From the NCBI RefSeq assembly GCF_009914755.1, contig NC_060936.1: 64,000 bases of DNA; one strand, 5' to 3'. The notes under the pieces are model-generated. The model was not told the DNA's origin. It worked only from the letters and a program-made list of their open reading frames with translations, and ran no database searches. Source of the DNA: the human T2T-CHM13v2.0 reference genome, Homo sapiens. The position numbers were made by a program, and so were the translations under genes. Below, piece by piece: positions 41,950 to 56,182 of the stretch (positions within the stretch are counted from its first letter, which is position 1; each line of letters starts with the position of its first letter).

Positions 41950-42070
41950 CAAAGGTGGCTTCATGTGCATACTATCTGTTTAGTTGTGCAAAATTCCATG
42001 CTCCCAAAGGGCCCTGTTTAATACTCTGCAGTTACTCTCTTGAAATTCTCAATAATTTTTGAATAAAAAA
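41950..42070 (+). mobile_element. MER91A-like hAT MITE fragment
   Basis: ggcttcatgtgcat...aagggccctgtttaatactctgcagttactctcttgaaattctcaataattttt. Confidence 0.7.
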
Positions 42071-42080
42071 CTATGCATTT

Positions 42081-42215
42081 CCCTCCCTCCCTCCCTCCTT
42101 CCTTCCCTTCCTTCCTTCCTTCCTTCCTTCCTTCCTTCCTTCCTTCCTTCCTTCCTTCCTTCCTTCTTTCCTTCCTTCCTTCCTTCCTTCCTTCTTCCTC
42201 CCTTTCCTTCTTTCT
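42081..42215. repeat. (CCTT)n polypyrimidine microsatellite (Alu tail-derived)
   Basis: ~135 bp pure C/T tract. Confidence 0.97.
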
Positions 42216-42216
42216 T

Positions 42217-42358
42217 TGACAGTGTCTCACTCTGTTACCCAGGCTGGAGTGCAGTGGTGCAATCATGGCTCACTGCAGCCTCAATCTCCTGGACTCAATC
42301 CTCCCACCTCAGCCTCATGAGTAGCTAGGACTACAGGCATGAGCCACTATGCCTGGCC
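42217..42358 (-). mobile_element. FRAM/AluJ monomer
   Basis: gtctcactctgttacccaggctggagtgcagtggtgcaatcatggctcactgcagcc...gagccactatgcctggcc; single arm. Confidence 0.9.
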
Positions 42359-42719
42359 CCACTTAATAAATTACTGTGTGGATTTGATAAAATATTGTGT
42401 GTAAAATACTCTATATAGCCTTGGTGAATACTTAGTAAGTTATAGCTTGTATTGTTATTCTGTTGCAATATTTTGCTAAATCATTTCAATAGATGTAATA
42501 TAAAAATGGGTTCATGATTAAATAATTTAGAGATTTAAAAAATTTCTGCAGGATATCTCAGAATTTTGTGTAATATGATGACCTATAAAAAGTAAATGAA
42601 GTATGTAGTTTGTCCAAAAATAATTTGATCCTGGGACACATTTTTCTTCCAATGAGCACTGTAAAATAGAAAAGAAATGGTTTCCTAAATTGGAGTGCTC
42701 TTCTCAATAAAGTGGACTA

Positions 42720-43102
<383 letters not shown>

Positions 43103-43329
43103 CTATGTGGCAATACATTAACTTGATGCCCCCAGGTGACTTGTAGCTCTGATCCACACTCTCCAGGGATATGAAAGTTTTACTTTTACTCACTCCTAAA
43201 CAGTCAGCACTTTTCAAAGAACCTGGTTCAGAACAACCATTTTGTAAATTGTCGCACATGCACGGTTTTCAAGACTCCTCTCTCCTTTTGCAAATATCTT
43301 GGCAACCTGGCCCGTCCTGGATGACTCCA

Positions 43330-44780
43330 ACATCCCCATGGAGAAACCCTGTTGTTTCACAATGCTTTTATGTCACCTCTCATGAATTTCAACACTTATC
43401 ACACCTCAGCTGCCATCTTAGAAATAACCAGAAACACACAAACTTCTCTGATTTCAAAAGGGCTGATTCGGTCATTGCACTCCTTAGCCACAACCCCCTA
43501 TTCTAAGTTGCCTGTGCAGGTTCCATTAACCCCTTTTCCCTTTGGGACCTCTCATCCATTTAAGGCTCTGCTTTCTTCCAGTTTCTCAGTTTGTCATCTT
43601 TATTCCTTTCTCTCTCTCTTTAATCCAGTTTAGAGTCCATGTAGCTTTTATAATTTCTACCATATCTTGCTATACTTTAAACTTCCTTGCCCTTTTGTCT
43701 TTACACGTATTTATTTTATTTAACAAAATTCCAAACCTGGTTGAACTCAACTATCCACTTTCACTACGTATGCATGCAAATACTCTTTGAAAAGATTAAT
43801 AGGGGAAACTAATAATACCATAAATCATTATAAATTAATAATTACCTGTTATATTTGGAATCTCTATATTGCTCAAAATTCTTCTTATGTTCCTATGGTC
43901 AATTCAGTCCTCCAAATGTGTGAACATTATTTTAAACCTTCTCAATTATTCTCTGACATACCCCATTCCCATTCTGAATTCTAGTTTTCAGCAAATGAAT
44001 ATACTTTCCAGTTTACAGAAAAAAATGAGGGGGAGGGTATTAAATGGAAACTCCAATTTTCTTTCCATAAACTTTTATGACAGTCTTGTATTTGTACCAC
44101 TCTATCCTCCTTCTTTGGTCTTATAATAAGAAAAGTATTCTCCTTTCTCTCTTGTAGCCATTTCCTCTACCCATACTTCTTTTGTCTCACCTGTTCAGAG
44201 TCCAGATTATGTTAATTATGCCTGCTCTCTCCTGTATATTCAAACTTTCCCTGGATCTTCTCATTAAATATATTTAAATTATAGATAATAGCAAACTAAC
44301 AAAATAAACATAAGAAAATATTAATCCCAAAACACTGGAAAGAATCCTCTCTGCACCCTCAATACTTGTCACTCACCACCCTATTTCCTTCCCACATTTA
44401 ACAGTGAAACATCCCAGAAGAATTGCTTCTACTAATTGTCTCTACTTGTTATCTTTTTACTCTCACCTCAGTCTGTTCTGAGTTGACTTCCACCCATGTC
44501 ACTCTGCTAAAACCCTTCACCCTAGGTCATCAATGACTCAATCCCATCAAGCCAATTGTTATTTTTTTATGTCCTATCCTTATTTCTCAGTAGTATTTGA
44601 CATATTGATAATGCTCACATTGGAATATTCTCTCTGTCTCTCCTTTCTTTTGTGAACCATTACATGCAGTATCCTAACATTTTTTAACTCTAACTGGATG
44701 TTACTCTTTCATGCAGTCTCATTATTTTCTGTCTACCAGTTGAACATTGGAGAGCCTCAACACATAAGCCCTTGTTTCAA
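43330..44780 (+). mobile_element. L2 ORF2 relic (further pieces at ~45520-45700, 46040-46140 and 47565-47620)
   Basis: aggtcatcaatgactc...ccttatttctcagtagtatttgacatattgataatg corresponds to the L2 RT KVTNDL...DLSAAFDTVDH region. Confidence 0.7.
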
Positions 44781-44802
44781 TTATACATAAAACAAACCAC
44801 CC

Positions 44803-45130
<328 letters not shown>

Positions 45131-45159
45131 TTAAAACAACATAGTGTGGACCTGTCAAA

Positions 45160-45520
45160 GCAATGACCTAACGTGGACTTACATTTCCCAGTTTCTTTCC
45201 TTTTTTACTAGTTCTCTAAGAAATATGAGTGGAAGTCATAATTATCCTTTCTAAGCCAGGGTTTTAAAGAGTCATTGCAGTTTCTCAATTCTCTCTTTTC
45301 TCTCCTGCATGGACACAGCCAACTCTAAGGTCACAGAGATGAGAGAATCACAAAACAGAAAAAAACTTGAGTCTTGAATTATCCCATGCAAAAAGCCATC
45401 TAATCAATCACAAATAACTATATTAGAATGTCAAGTAAATGAGAAATAAACATTATGTTAAGCCATTGACATTTTGGGATTTATTTATTTGAATAGATAG
45501 TATTATTCTGGATTGTATAG
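45160..45520 (+). mobile_element. MLT1G/H-like LTR
   Basis: gagaaataaacattatgttaagccattgacattttgggatttattt LTR 3' end. Confidence 0.65.
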
Positions 45521-45747
45521 CCTACATAGCCTAAGATGGTTTAGTTTATCTTACCTCTGCAGCTTCACTTTGTGCTATTTACTTGCCTCACTATGTTCTC
45601 TTCACTGGACTTAATTTAGTTCTTTGAATGCTTTATTCTATCACAGTGCCTTGGTATGTAATATTCCTCTGCCTAGAATACTTGCTAGTAGCTTTGCATA
45701 TGTTACTGTATCAGTCCTTTTGAAATGAGAGGTACCAGCAGCAGATA

Positions 45748-46038
45748 CTGTCAGTGTTCTGCCCAGGTCTACCCGAATCTCTTTTTATCAATCTATGTAC
45801 TTCCTTAACTGCCTTCTCTATGCCTTTACACATAAGAGCCCACAGCTGATAATTTCTTTGCAGAATTGCGCTCTATCTAGTGCTGTCTGTTGCTTTGCCC
45901 CAGATCACACATTTGTTTAGCTCTTGCCTCCTTTCCTCTTCTGCTATTCCTACTCCTGAGAGAATCCACTTCCTTAATAAATCACTTGTACAAAAAATCA
46001 TCTCTGTATCTGTACTCCGATGAATCTGATCTAAAGTA
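45748..46038 (+). mobile_element. LTR16-like ERVL LTR
   Basis: cacttccttaataaatcacttgtacaaaaaatcatctctgtatctg...gaatctgatctaaa. Confidence 0.55.
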
Positions 46039-46164
46039 GTGTCTCTCAGATCTCCATCCAAAGGCCACTTACTCAGAACAGACTTTCCTGATGCCCCCAA
46101 AAAGATCATGTTCCCTATAATAAGTTGCTTTTGTGACAACCATCATTTAACTATAGGAATTATA

Positions 46165-47325
46165 TTTTTATTGATGCATAATAGTTATACATATTTTCAG
46201 GGTACATGTGACATTTTGACACATTCATACACTGTGTAATAATCAAGTCTGGGGCAATTGGGATATCCATTATTTCAAATATGTATCTTTTTGTGCAGGG
46301 AACACTTTGGTTATTCTCTTCTAGCTATTTTAAAATATGCAGTAGATTACTGTTAACTATTGTCACCCTACCGAACTATCAAACACTAGATCTTATTTCT
46401 TCTATCAAACTGTAATTTCACACCCACTAACCAGCCTATTTTCATTCTCCCCTCCCTTCTATGCTTCTCAGCTTCTAATAACCACTAATCTACTCTATCT
46501 TTATGAGATCCACTTTTCAACTCCCATATATAAATGAGAATATGTAATATTTTTCTGCCTACACCAGACTTATTTTGTATAAAATAATGACGTCTAGTTC
46601 CATCCATGTTGCTGCAAAAGACAAGACTTCATTATTTTTTGAGATAAATAATATTCCATTATGTATAAATCTCACTTTTTTATCCATTCATCCATTTATG
46701 AAAAATTACATTGATTTCATATTTTTCTGTCATAAATAGTGCTGCAATAATCGTGGGAGAGCACATATATCTTTGATATACAGATTTCCTTTCTTTTGAA
46801 TATATACTCAGTCATAGGATTGTTGGACCATATGGCAGTTCTATTTTTAATTTTTTGAAGAATCTCCATACTATTTTCCATAGTGGCTATATTAATTTAC
46901 ATCCCCACCAACAGTGTATAACGATTTTCCTTTCTCCACATCCTCACCAGCCTCCATTATTTTTTGTCTTTTTGTTACAAGCCATTTTAACTTGGGTGAG
47001 ATGATACTTCATTGTGATTTTGAATTGTATTTCTGTAACGATTAGTGATATTAAGCATTTTTCATGTACCTGTTGACCATTTGTATGTCTTCTTTTGAGA
47101 AATGTCTATTGAAATATTTTGTTCATTCTCTAAATTAAATTATTTGTTTGGTTCCTTCTTTGCTATTGAGTTGTTTGAATTTCTTGTATATTCTGGTTAT
47201 TAATCCCTTTTCAGATAGATACTTTACAGTATTCTCTCTCATTCTGTAGATTGTCTCTTCACTACATTGATCATTTCCTTCGCTTTCAAGAAGCTGCTTT
47301 GCTTCATGTAAGTCCATTTGTCTGT
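46165..47325 (-). mobile_element. L1MA3/4-like 3' segment
   Basis: ttttattgatgcataatagttatacatatttt...caaacactagatcttatttcttctatc, continuing into antisense ORF2 end. Confidence 0.92.
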
Positions 47326-47550
47326 TATAAATGGTGCTAGGAAAACTGGATATACACAGAATGATGAAACTAGAACCCTATCTCTCATCCTTACAAAAAT
47401 CAAACAAAAATGGATTAGATACTTAAAACTAAGACCAGAAAGTATGAAACTACTAGAAGGAATCTTTGGGGAAATGCTTCAGGGCATTAATCTGTGCAAA
47501 GATTTTCTTGAATATGACATCAAAAACAAAGGTAACGAAAGCAAATATAG
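47326..47550 (+). mobile_element. Inverted 5' segment of the same L1MA insertion
   Basis: Sense ORF2 ataaatggtgctaggaaaactgg...aaagcaaatatag. Confidence 0.9.
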
Positions 47551-49930
47551 GGAGTATTTTGTGTTTTCTTAGTGCCTGGCATGGAGTTGACTCTGTAAGT
47601 ACGAATGATACATGGAGCAAAGAAAGAAGAAAAAAATGGACTAAAAGAGAAAGAATAGAGCTCCCATTAGTGATGACATAAAATCTAACTTTATTAGAAA
47701 AATAAATTTATTATAGTATTTTGAATGTATTTTCTAATTTCTCTATTTCAATTGGAGAATCAAACTGCATTACAGTCAACTCAATACATTGCAGAAAATA
47801 GAGAAATTATTTTTGGGGGGTGTTTATCATGTCAACTGTTTTATTAATTACTAACACCCAGTTGTTTTTTCCCCCAGTAGATCAAATAAGGATATTCATA
47901 AACTGTAAACAAGAGGCACCTGGATTAGTTCTCTATATGAATATTTTCTATCAGTAGTTATTGGTTGAGTTCTATTTTGCACCAGGTAACCTCTTTGCCA
48001 TTGTAAATACAGGAGTGACATCAACATGCATAGTTATTAGTTTTATGAGTCCTTAAACATAGCAGTAATTTGAAAAGAATCATATGAATTCTTGATTATA
48101 ATTGTTCTAAGTTCCTAAATATGTTGTAATTGTATACATATTAGGAGTCCTTAAAAGTACATGTCCTTCCAATGTTTTCCTGGCCTTGGTTAGAATGATA
48201 TGAGGGCTTTCTAATTTTCCATTTTGCTGTTTTTGTGCCCCTGACCCTTTTCAGGGCAGCCTCCAAGAATTACTTTTGAAAACTAGAAATGTCTCTGGGT
48301 CAGTTTAGACTCTCCCAATCCCCTGATGAGAAGGGATTAGAAAGAGATTTATGTTTGTTCATAGGGCACTTCAGGGAACAGTTAAGACTCCTAATGGAAA
48401 GTAAAGTAGAAATGTTTTGGAGGCATGCACTCACCTGAAGACCTAGGAGAGCCACCTGAGAATGCAAAGGAAGTGGGAGGCTAGGCGAGGTTGATTGTAC
48501 TTTGCAGAGCTGGGACAGGAGGACTGGGCTGCCCAAGACCTTGCATAATTTGAAAAGAGTAGGGCAGCCTGACTGAGCAACAGAAATGCTATACTGGCGA
48601 GCAGAGTTTGCCTAAGGGGGTGTTAAGCAGCTGAGCAAGGAAATCTGCTGTGACTGGAGACTGCAATGTGGGCAATCCACCTGTGCATAATCAATTTTTG
48701 GTTGATGACTGTATATGCCTCTGGGTGTTTTTGAAATGCTCATTCTTACCAGGATAGGGTCTGATAATAATTAGTTGTTTTATAATCTGCTGCATCTCTC
48801 GAAAGTGATTTTTATTAAGCAGAATTACCTTCTGTTTTCAGCTAGCAACTCAGGCTTACATGTTACTTATTTGTAATTATTCTAGATCTTTTCTTTTTTT
48901 ACCTAGGCAACTCATAATTATATTGCAGTCATTTATATTAATAATGATCATCATGTAAAGCTACAAACACTCTTGCAAGGTATTACAATGTCAATAGCTT
49001 CCAATTCTTAGGGAAAATGATTTGGTTTATAGGGATTACTATTTCTGGGGGGCTTGCATCTATTTCACGGGTATAGAAGTGAAACTTGCCAAAGTTATTC
49101 AAGTAGAGATTTCAGAAGCTTCACCTTACATTCTATATGAGTTAATAAAATTATTCAAACAGGAAGATGTAGCTCATAAAAGAGACCTTGTTTATTTTAG
49201 AACTGTGTATAAAGCATGCCATAGTCCTGTACAGGTAAGAACAAAGAAAATCATCCCATTTTAATTTTTCAAAAAAAATCCACACTGAGACTGTTTCTAT
49301 ACAGGAAATAAAATGAAATCTCCTGAACTACTCTGAAATATGCAAATAATTTGAATGGATGTAGAACATTTTGAGCTGGTCTAAACACACAGTCACTTAT
49401 TTCTGTAGCTGTAAAAGTTTCAATTAAATATAAAACTACCAGCAGTAAAATAACATTTTGGAAAATGTGTAGGGACAATATGTATTTGTTTAAATGGTTC
49501 AGTGTGGAAACATATTTCCCATATAGTATAGATTATAGTGCTGTATGGTTTGATCCTAAGAAGATAAAGGTCAAGTAAAATAGAATAAGGTCAGATTTTT
49601 GCCTACAATCTATTGAACATAATTTTTGCCTTCTGAAGGTGGAGTAATGTGTAGAAGCAACTGAAAAGGAACAGATGATGAATCAGTTTGAATGTCTGGA
49701 AAATCATCTGAGCAAATTCCAGCAAAAGCTGGAAGATCCAGAGAGCAGAGGGAGATAGCATCCTGAAATAGGGTAAAGGGAAAGGAATCTGGATGCTGAA
49801 ATGTGACTATGCATCTCTGATGGTATGTCTCTTCTTGTGTGACTTTTCTCACTATCTTTCTGATAGCAAATATTTCACCATTATATTTAGTGAATGGCAA
49901 AACTTCAACCAGAAACCCAAACTTACATTG

Positions 49931-50430
<500 letters not shown>

Positions 50431-50759
50431 CCATATTGTATCATTTTAATGAACTTTTTAAACAAATACATGTATGAGTTATAGATAAATATGACTTCAT
50501 TATACAGAAGATATGGCTGATGCCCTTCTTAGAATTAGAAAGATTTAAGTACCAAGAAGAGAGGAAGACAGCAGAACAAGTGGGATCTCTGCCAGGCAGA
50601 CGGAGAAAGATAAATTAAGCGGCACGCTACAATACGTTTAGGAATTGAAGAATTTTTTTAGATTCATAATTTTTAAAAGAACAGATCTAAGAGATCATGT
50701 AATACTTTTACAGACACTCTGTCTTCTCATTAGTTATTTGCATTGAACTTCCTTAATGT

Positions 50760-50910
50760 ACAAAGTGCTTTCTTATGAATTATCTAATTTTAGCTTAAAA
50801 ACAATACCATCAAGAATAGCTTATTTGCCTTGATTTTATGGGTCAAAACATGAGACTTAAGTGTTAAAGGACTTTTCAAAGATCACACACTAAGCATTTG
50901 ATCCAGGCAA
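50760..50910 (-). mobile_element. MIR fragment
   Basis: tgagacttaagtgttaaaggacttttcaaagatcacaca...atttgatccaggc. Confidence 0.55.
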
Positions 50911-51324
50911 GATATTATATGTGTAGGTGTGTGTTTGTGAGTTATTTTTTACCAAGAAAAATGTTTACATGTTTATATATTTTACCTTATTATGAGACAT
51001 AAAGAAGAATTTCATTGATTTTCTTTTTCCCTTCCATTTTGTAAAAAGAAAGGGAGGAAGTTTCAAATTAATAAAATTGAGACACCATAAAAATTTCATG
51101 TTTAAAGACTATATACAAGTTACATACCCTGGGGAAGTTTTCATTTCATTATACTATTATTATATCTTGTTCCTAAATAAAAATATACCTTAGCCTTTAA
51201 TATTTTAATATCCTTTCTTTAATGCCTTGAATGTGTACATATCCATTAGCATGTACATATATATTCATATGCGTGTGTACTTTGGGATAAATGTTAACAA
51301 TAACATCACCAACAAAACTAATAA

Positions 51325-51470
51325 CAAATGCTACTAATTATTGCACTCATACAATGTGCCAAACTTTGTGTAATTAAAGAATCTCATTTAATCTTATAAA
51401 AACTATAGGGACAGCTATTTTCCTTACATGACAGGTGGCAAATCTAAGGCTCAGAAAGTTTGAACAACTT
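51325..51470 (-). mobile_element. MIR fragment
   Basis: atctcatttaatcttataaaaactat...acaggtggcaaatctaaggctcagaaagtttgaacaactt. Confidence 0.65.
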
Positions 51471-54400
51471 GGTGTTATTGGGATTTATCAATCAAGTGTG
51501 CAGTATAAACTAATGAGATTCTAAAACGCAGAATGCAAAATTAATTGTTGATCTACATAACACAGAAAACATTTATTAGACCATGTGTGGTGTATGGTAG
51601 ATACTGTTGTTTGAAAAGTGATCATTCATCATATATAAAAACACTCTTTAAAACTTTCTTTTCCTAACAAGTGCCAGGTTGACAGATGACAGTGCTGGTA
51701 AGGGGGAGAATGTAATACACTGTGTTTTGTGTTTTAAGGGCACTAGCAAGTCCTCCAAAGGTCAGGTATTGAACATGACTACAATAATTCTAAACCAGAT
51801 TTTGGAGCCATCAAATCACATAAAACTCAGCCATATGAAAACATGCTTTCAGCCACAGGGAGACATTTGATTGCCTTCTTTCTAAATCCCTACACATATC
51901 ACACTGTCAAAGCGTAGAACAATTGAGGATTAATACCAAACAGCTACACCTACATCTGTATCACTGGAAATAGAGATGCTGACTTTTTTTCCCTAGGGTA
52001 TCAAATTCTTCCTATTTTCTGCCAGTCTTTTTGGGCCCTTTTCCCATTCTCATTCAATACTTTACCTTCTGATGTTACACTGTGATCTTCCGGAGCAACT
52101 ATTAATGCTGCTCAGAATTGGGAAGCAGTTCTTTTATCTTTACCTTTATTTCTGTGTCTTCTGAGACACATTTAATATCTCCATGGGCTTTAAAACTCAG
52201 AAATCAGAATCTACTTCCTAAAGTAAATTCTTCATATTGCCAGACTGAGTTTTCTAAGGACTATTAAGAAGTACTTTTTCTCATATAACAGTGCAATGTT
52301 ATCAATTTCTAATGTCAGTTTCAGCCTTTATATTTGTCTAATATTTCTACTCCTCAATATCTATTTTTCTTTATTCACAGTTTTTTCCATCAGCTGAATT
52401 TATGTTTTTCTCAAATATTACATTTTAAACTTTCTATTTCTTGATAATTTTAACGTATTACATATTGAATTTTACCTTTTTCTTATAATTTTAATAGAAA
52501 CACTTAGGTTTTTTTCAAAATAATTTTTGGACACTGTCTTCATATCATATATTTTATAAAGTGAATTGTGGAAAGCTTTTATTTGTAAAGGAGAATTTTC
52601 TAGTTCCAGTACTAATCCTGAAAGATCTGGAACAGCAATCCCTTTATCCCTAAGTATTACTCTTGGAGATGAACAAGTCCTATAGAAATTGCTGTCTGAC
52701 TGAAAGATGAGGCATTAGAAAGGAGGAAAATAGTTTGCAGACTAAAAGAAGGCAAAGGAACAGAACATGAAGGTGAAAAATGCAAAGAATTACTGATGTG
52801 TTGGGGAAAGAAAGAGAATAGAGGAAAACTGTCCATATGGAATGAAAAGGGTGTTGTGGATTTTTATCCCAAATTATGTCAAACATTGTACTATCGCTGT
52901 GCTATTCTTTACATTCTATCATCACTCTCTTTTCTGAACTTTGGGGTAAGGACATGGTATAGATTTTCACTTTCCTTTACCATTTTTTTTCTGCTCTAAC
53001 TCTACCCTCATCTCCTTTTGCATTTGACTGCACTTGACACAAAACACCACAAGCTTCTTGAAACCTTGATTTGTAATTGGGGTCCAGCAGCTGCTCTTTG
53101 GATCCATCAACATGTCAAGATGTCAGGTGCTGAGACTGGTATGAGCGTATTGCTTGTGGCAGTTTTGATCATTGTAGAAAAGCGTGAACATTTTCCATCA
53201 GTATATATTGCCAGTTGTATTGACTTTGGAGCAATAATTATATAACACTGCCTTATTAACTTATTGTAGAGAACAGAATTTGACTAAAATGTATAGTGAT
53301 CATACTTTTGTATTTTGCAAATATAATAGAAAAAAAAGAATAAATTATACATATGTTGTTGTATGGTGATTCGGAAAAACTGCAGGTGCTTGTCAGTTTT
53401 AATTACTTAGGAAATTTACTTATTACTGTTGACTAAAAAGAAAAGCATATGTATGAAAAAAATTATGGGAACTAAATTGGGATATGTGTCTCCAAATCTG
53501 GAAATTATATTCTTAGTAAATTTTCATGACTATACTGAAAATATATCTGAAATTTGTTTGAAAGTCAAATATCTAAAATTTGCATGTAATAATGTGGATT
53601 AATAATCAAAGACCTAAAAAATCTTATACAACCTCAAATTTTGGTTCATTAGATGCTGTCTCCCTTGGGCCCTGCAACCTTCATAAGCAACCAGGAGCTT
53701 CAAGGCAGGAAAAAAGTCAAGGCATCATTTTATTGCCAAAGTATCTTGGAATATATAAGTAGGCATTTTCTTTTCACACTGGCTCTATTCTTGTTGTCTT
53801 CACAGGGTTTAAGGTAGAAAGTCTTGTTTTTCCCTGTCTTTAAATGTCTATGCCTAAAGCGTTAATACCTGCCACCACAACACCAATGGGTAGGGTCTTA
53901 AGGAGTCTTTACTCATATAACCACTCTCATCATGCTGCTTTCATTGTAGGATGCTGACCCTTAGATTGTTTTCTTTAGCTACATAGAGAAGTAAAGCTCC
54001 AGCTAGTCCTGGCTCTTGGAAGTTATACTTCATTTCCTGTTCTTCTCTAAGCTTCAACTCCTCTGGTTTATATAACATCAGAAACAAAATAATTCCTTCA
54101 TAATTTGTCAAGTGTCAGCATTACTAGAAATGCATAAAATTTATCTTAGACCACTTTCAGCAGTAACTCCCTTCTCCCAGGGAGTAAGAACTGAAAAATT
54201 CATACTGATAATTAGTCCATAATCAAAGATTTCATTGCTGAGAAGCAAAACAGTACAAGAGAGAATCGATCATCACCTGAAGTCTAAGGTCAAGACTTCT
54301 GCCCTTTGCTCTGGGTGATTCAGATTTGTATCACCAGACAAACAAGTCTAGGATTTGCAACCTCACATATCACATGAATTTGCAGTATTTTGCCAGTATT

Positions 54401-56055
54401 TCACAATATAGATTCAGAAATGAGAATCAGTTACCTAAGTAATTATTTAGAAATATTTTAACTACCAACTGTAATCTCGTTGTTAATCAAGTTTGAGCTA
54501 TTTATATATAAATTTAAGAAACCACTGCTATATAGTCCCGACATTTGTATCTTTAGAAAAGTTTTGTGGAAAAGACTTAGGAATATTACTTGAGCAAAAA
54601 ATGAGACTCTTTTCCCCCCACCTCAGCAAAAGCAGTTGTTTCCATGGACTTCCTAAGAGAAAGTATTGATTTATAGTATCTTCGGTCAGTTTGTTTGTGT
54701 GCAAAGGGGAAGTCAATCAAATATTTAGTCAACTCTCCTCTGGGAATTATGATAGAAGTGTACTACCCAGAGAGACAGAGAGAAAAGATTATATCCTGAA
54801 GATTTGCAAACACTACCAACTATCTTTTGTTTTAAATCAAGGGTTCAGAAAAAAACCTTTAACTTTTCACAATAATTGTCTTTGGAGGGTTCCAAAGGAG
54901 CTATAATATAAGAACTGTTAGTAATAAAGCTTACTCTTTTAAGTAATAATAAAGGCATTTTTATAAATAAATAAAATAAGATTAATATTTTAGTCATAAC
55001 TTAAGTTTCCTTAATTGTATTTTACTGGAAATTATTTATTTTATTGAATTTCTATATAAATATGAAATTATATAATTGCATACATGGTGACTCGAGTGAA
55101 AGTAATATTAATCTATCAGAACTGCAGTGTAGACATATATTATGTGCCTTATGAAAGGTACATTGAGAGCACAGAGTATTTATTTTAAGAATGGCAGTGT
55201 ACACCTTTACTAAAATGGAATGCCATGTTTTGAAATATAGCCTTTTATTTCACTGTGGTAGACATGCCCTACACACATTTTATACGATGTTTTTGTACCC
55301 TTATTGTGCCATTGCTATCACTTTGTAGATGGAAACAGTAGTGTGGATGGAGAGAGAATTCAAAATTTCAGCCCCTGATCCTAAACTATATCTTGAAATA
55401 GTCTTCTTAAATATTGTGTGCATGTTGAAAGTGCATAGCATTGAAAATGAGACAATCCTAAAAACATCATGCAAATTCACATACATAATGAAATGAGTAG
55501 GTATTTCCTTTCTTAAAAAAAAAAGTATATTCCAAGTTTCCAGTTACAAAACATTTTTGTCTCCCCTAAAAAGAAGTTCCTCTTATCTCATATATCTGGG
55601 TTCACTTGCTTAGTTAATGGTTGGCATGCACGGTTTCTAAATTGCTAATGATGAAATATTGTTTCACGAAATGAAGTTTGTTTTTGGAAGTGCTTACCTA
55701 CCAGCTAATTTTGTAGAAAAAAATTATTTTTGTAGAAAAGAGTAATAAAATGTTAGCATTTTATCTATTTTAAATATTTACGTATTATAGTGACATAGTG
55801 GGGATCATATGATAAAATAGCACTGTGTGCTGGAGACCTGTTTGGAGAGCTGGATGATTTGGTGGTTAGTGTGCTGCAGTGGCATGTGTTCAGGTAGCCC
55901 TTTTCATCTGCATCTCATGTAGCTGGAAGAGAACAGCCTTCATTGACTTACCCATGCTCTCTTCACCCCCTTTGTTCCAGCTACACGGCAAGAATATTCA
56001 GTAACAAAGAACAAAAAGTCGTCTTGCCTTATCACCTGATAGAACTGTGTAAGCT

Positions 56056-56182
56056 CCAGTGTTCTGCAAATTTTCATGTGTATTTGAATTACCTGGGGAT
56101 CTTGTTACAAGGCAGATTTTGATTCAAAAGATCTGGGTGGGGTATTGCCTTCATTTCTAGTAAGTTCTTGAGAAGCAAGGAG
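56056..56182. mobile_element. MER5A hAT-Charlie MITE
   Basis: gaattacctggggatcttgttacaaggcagattttgattcaaaagatctgggtgggg. Confidence 0.75.

Noticed and set aside
48165-48700. GC-richer block, possibly an old LTR
   Set aside because: Family and boundaries not identifiable
49672-49712. cagatgat...atcatctg hairpin with C/D-like boxes
   Set aside because: Only ~40 nt; too short for a snoRNA and expected by chance
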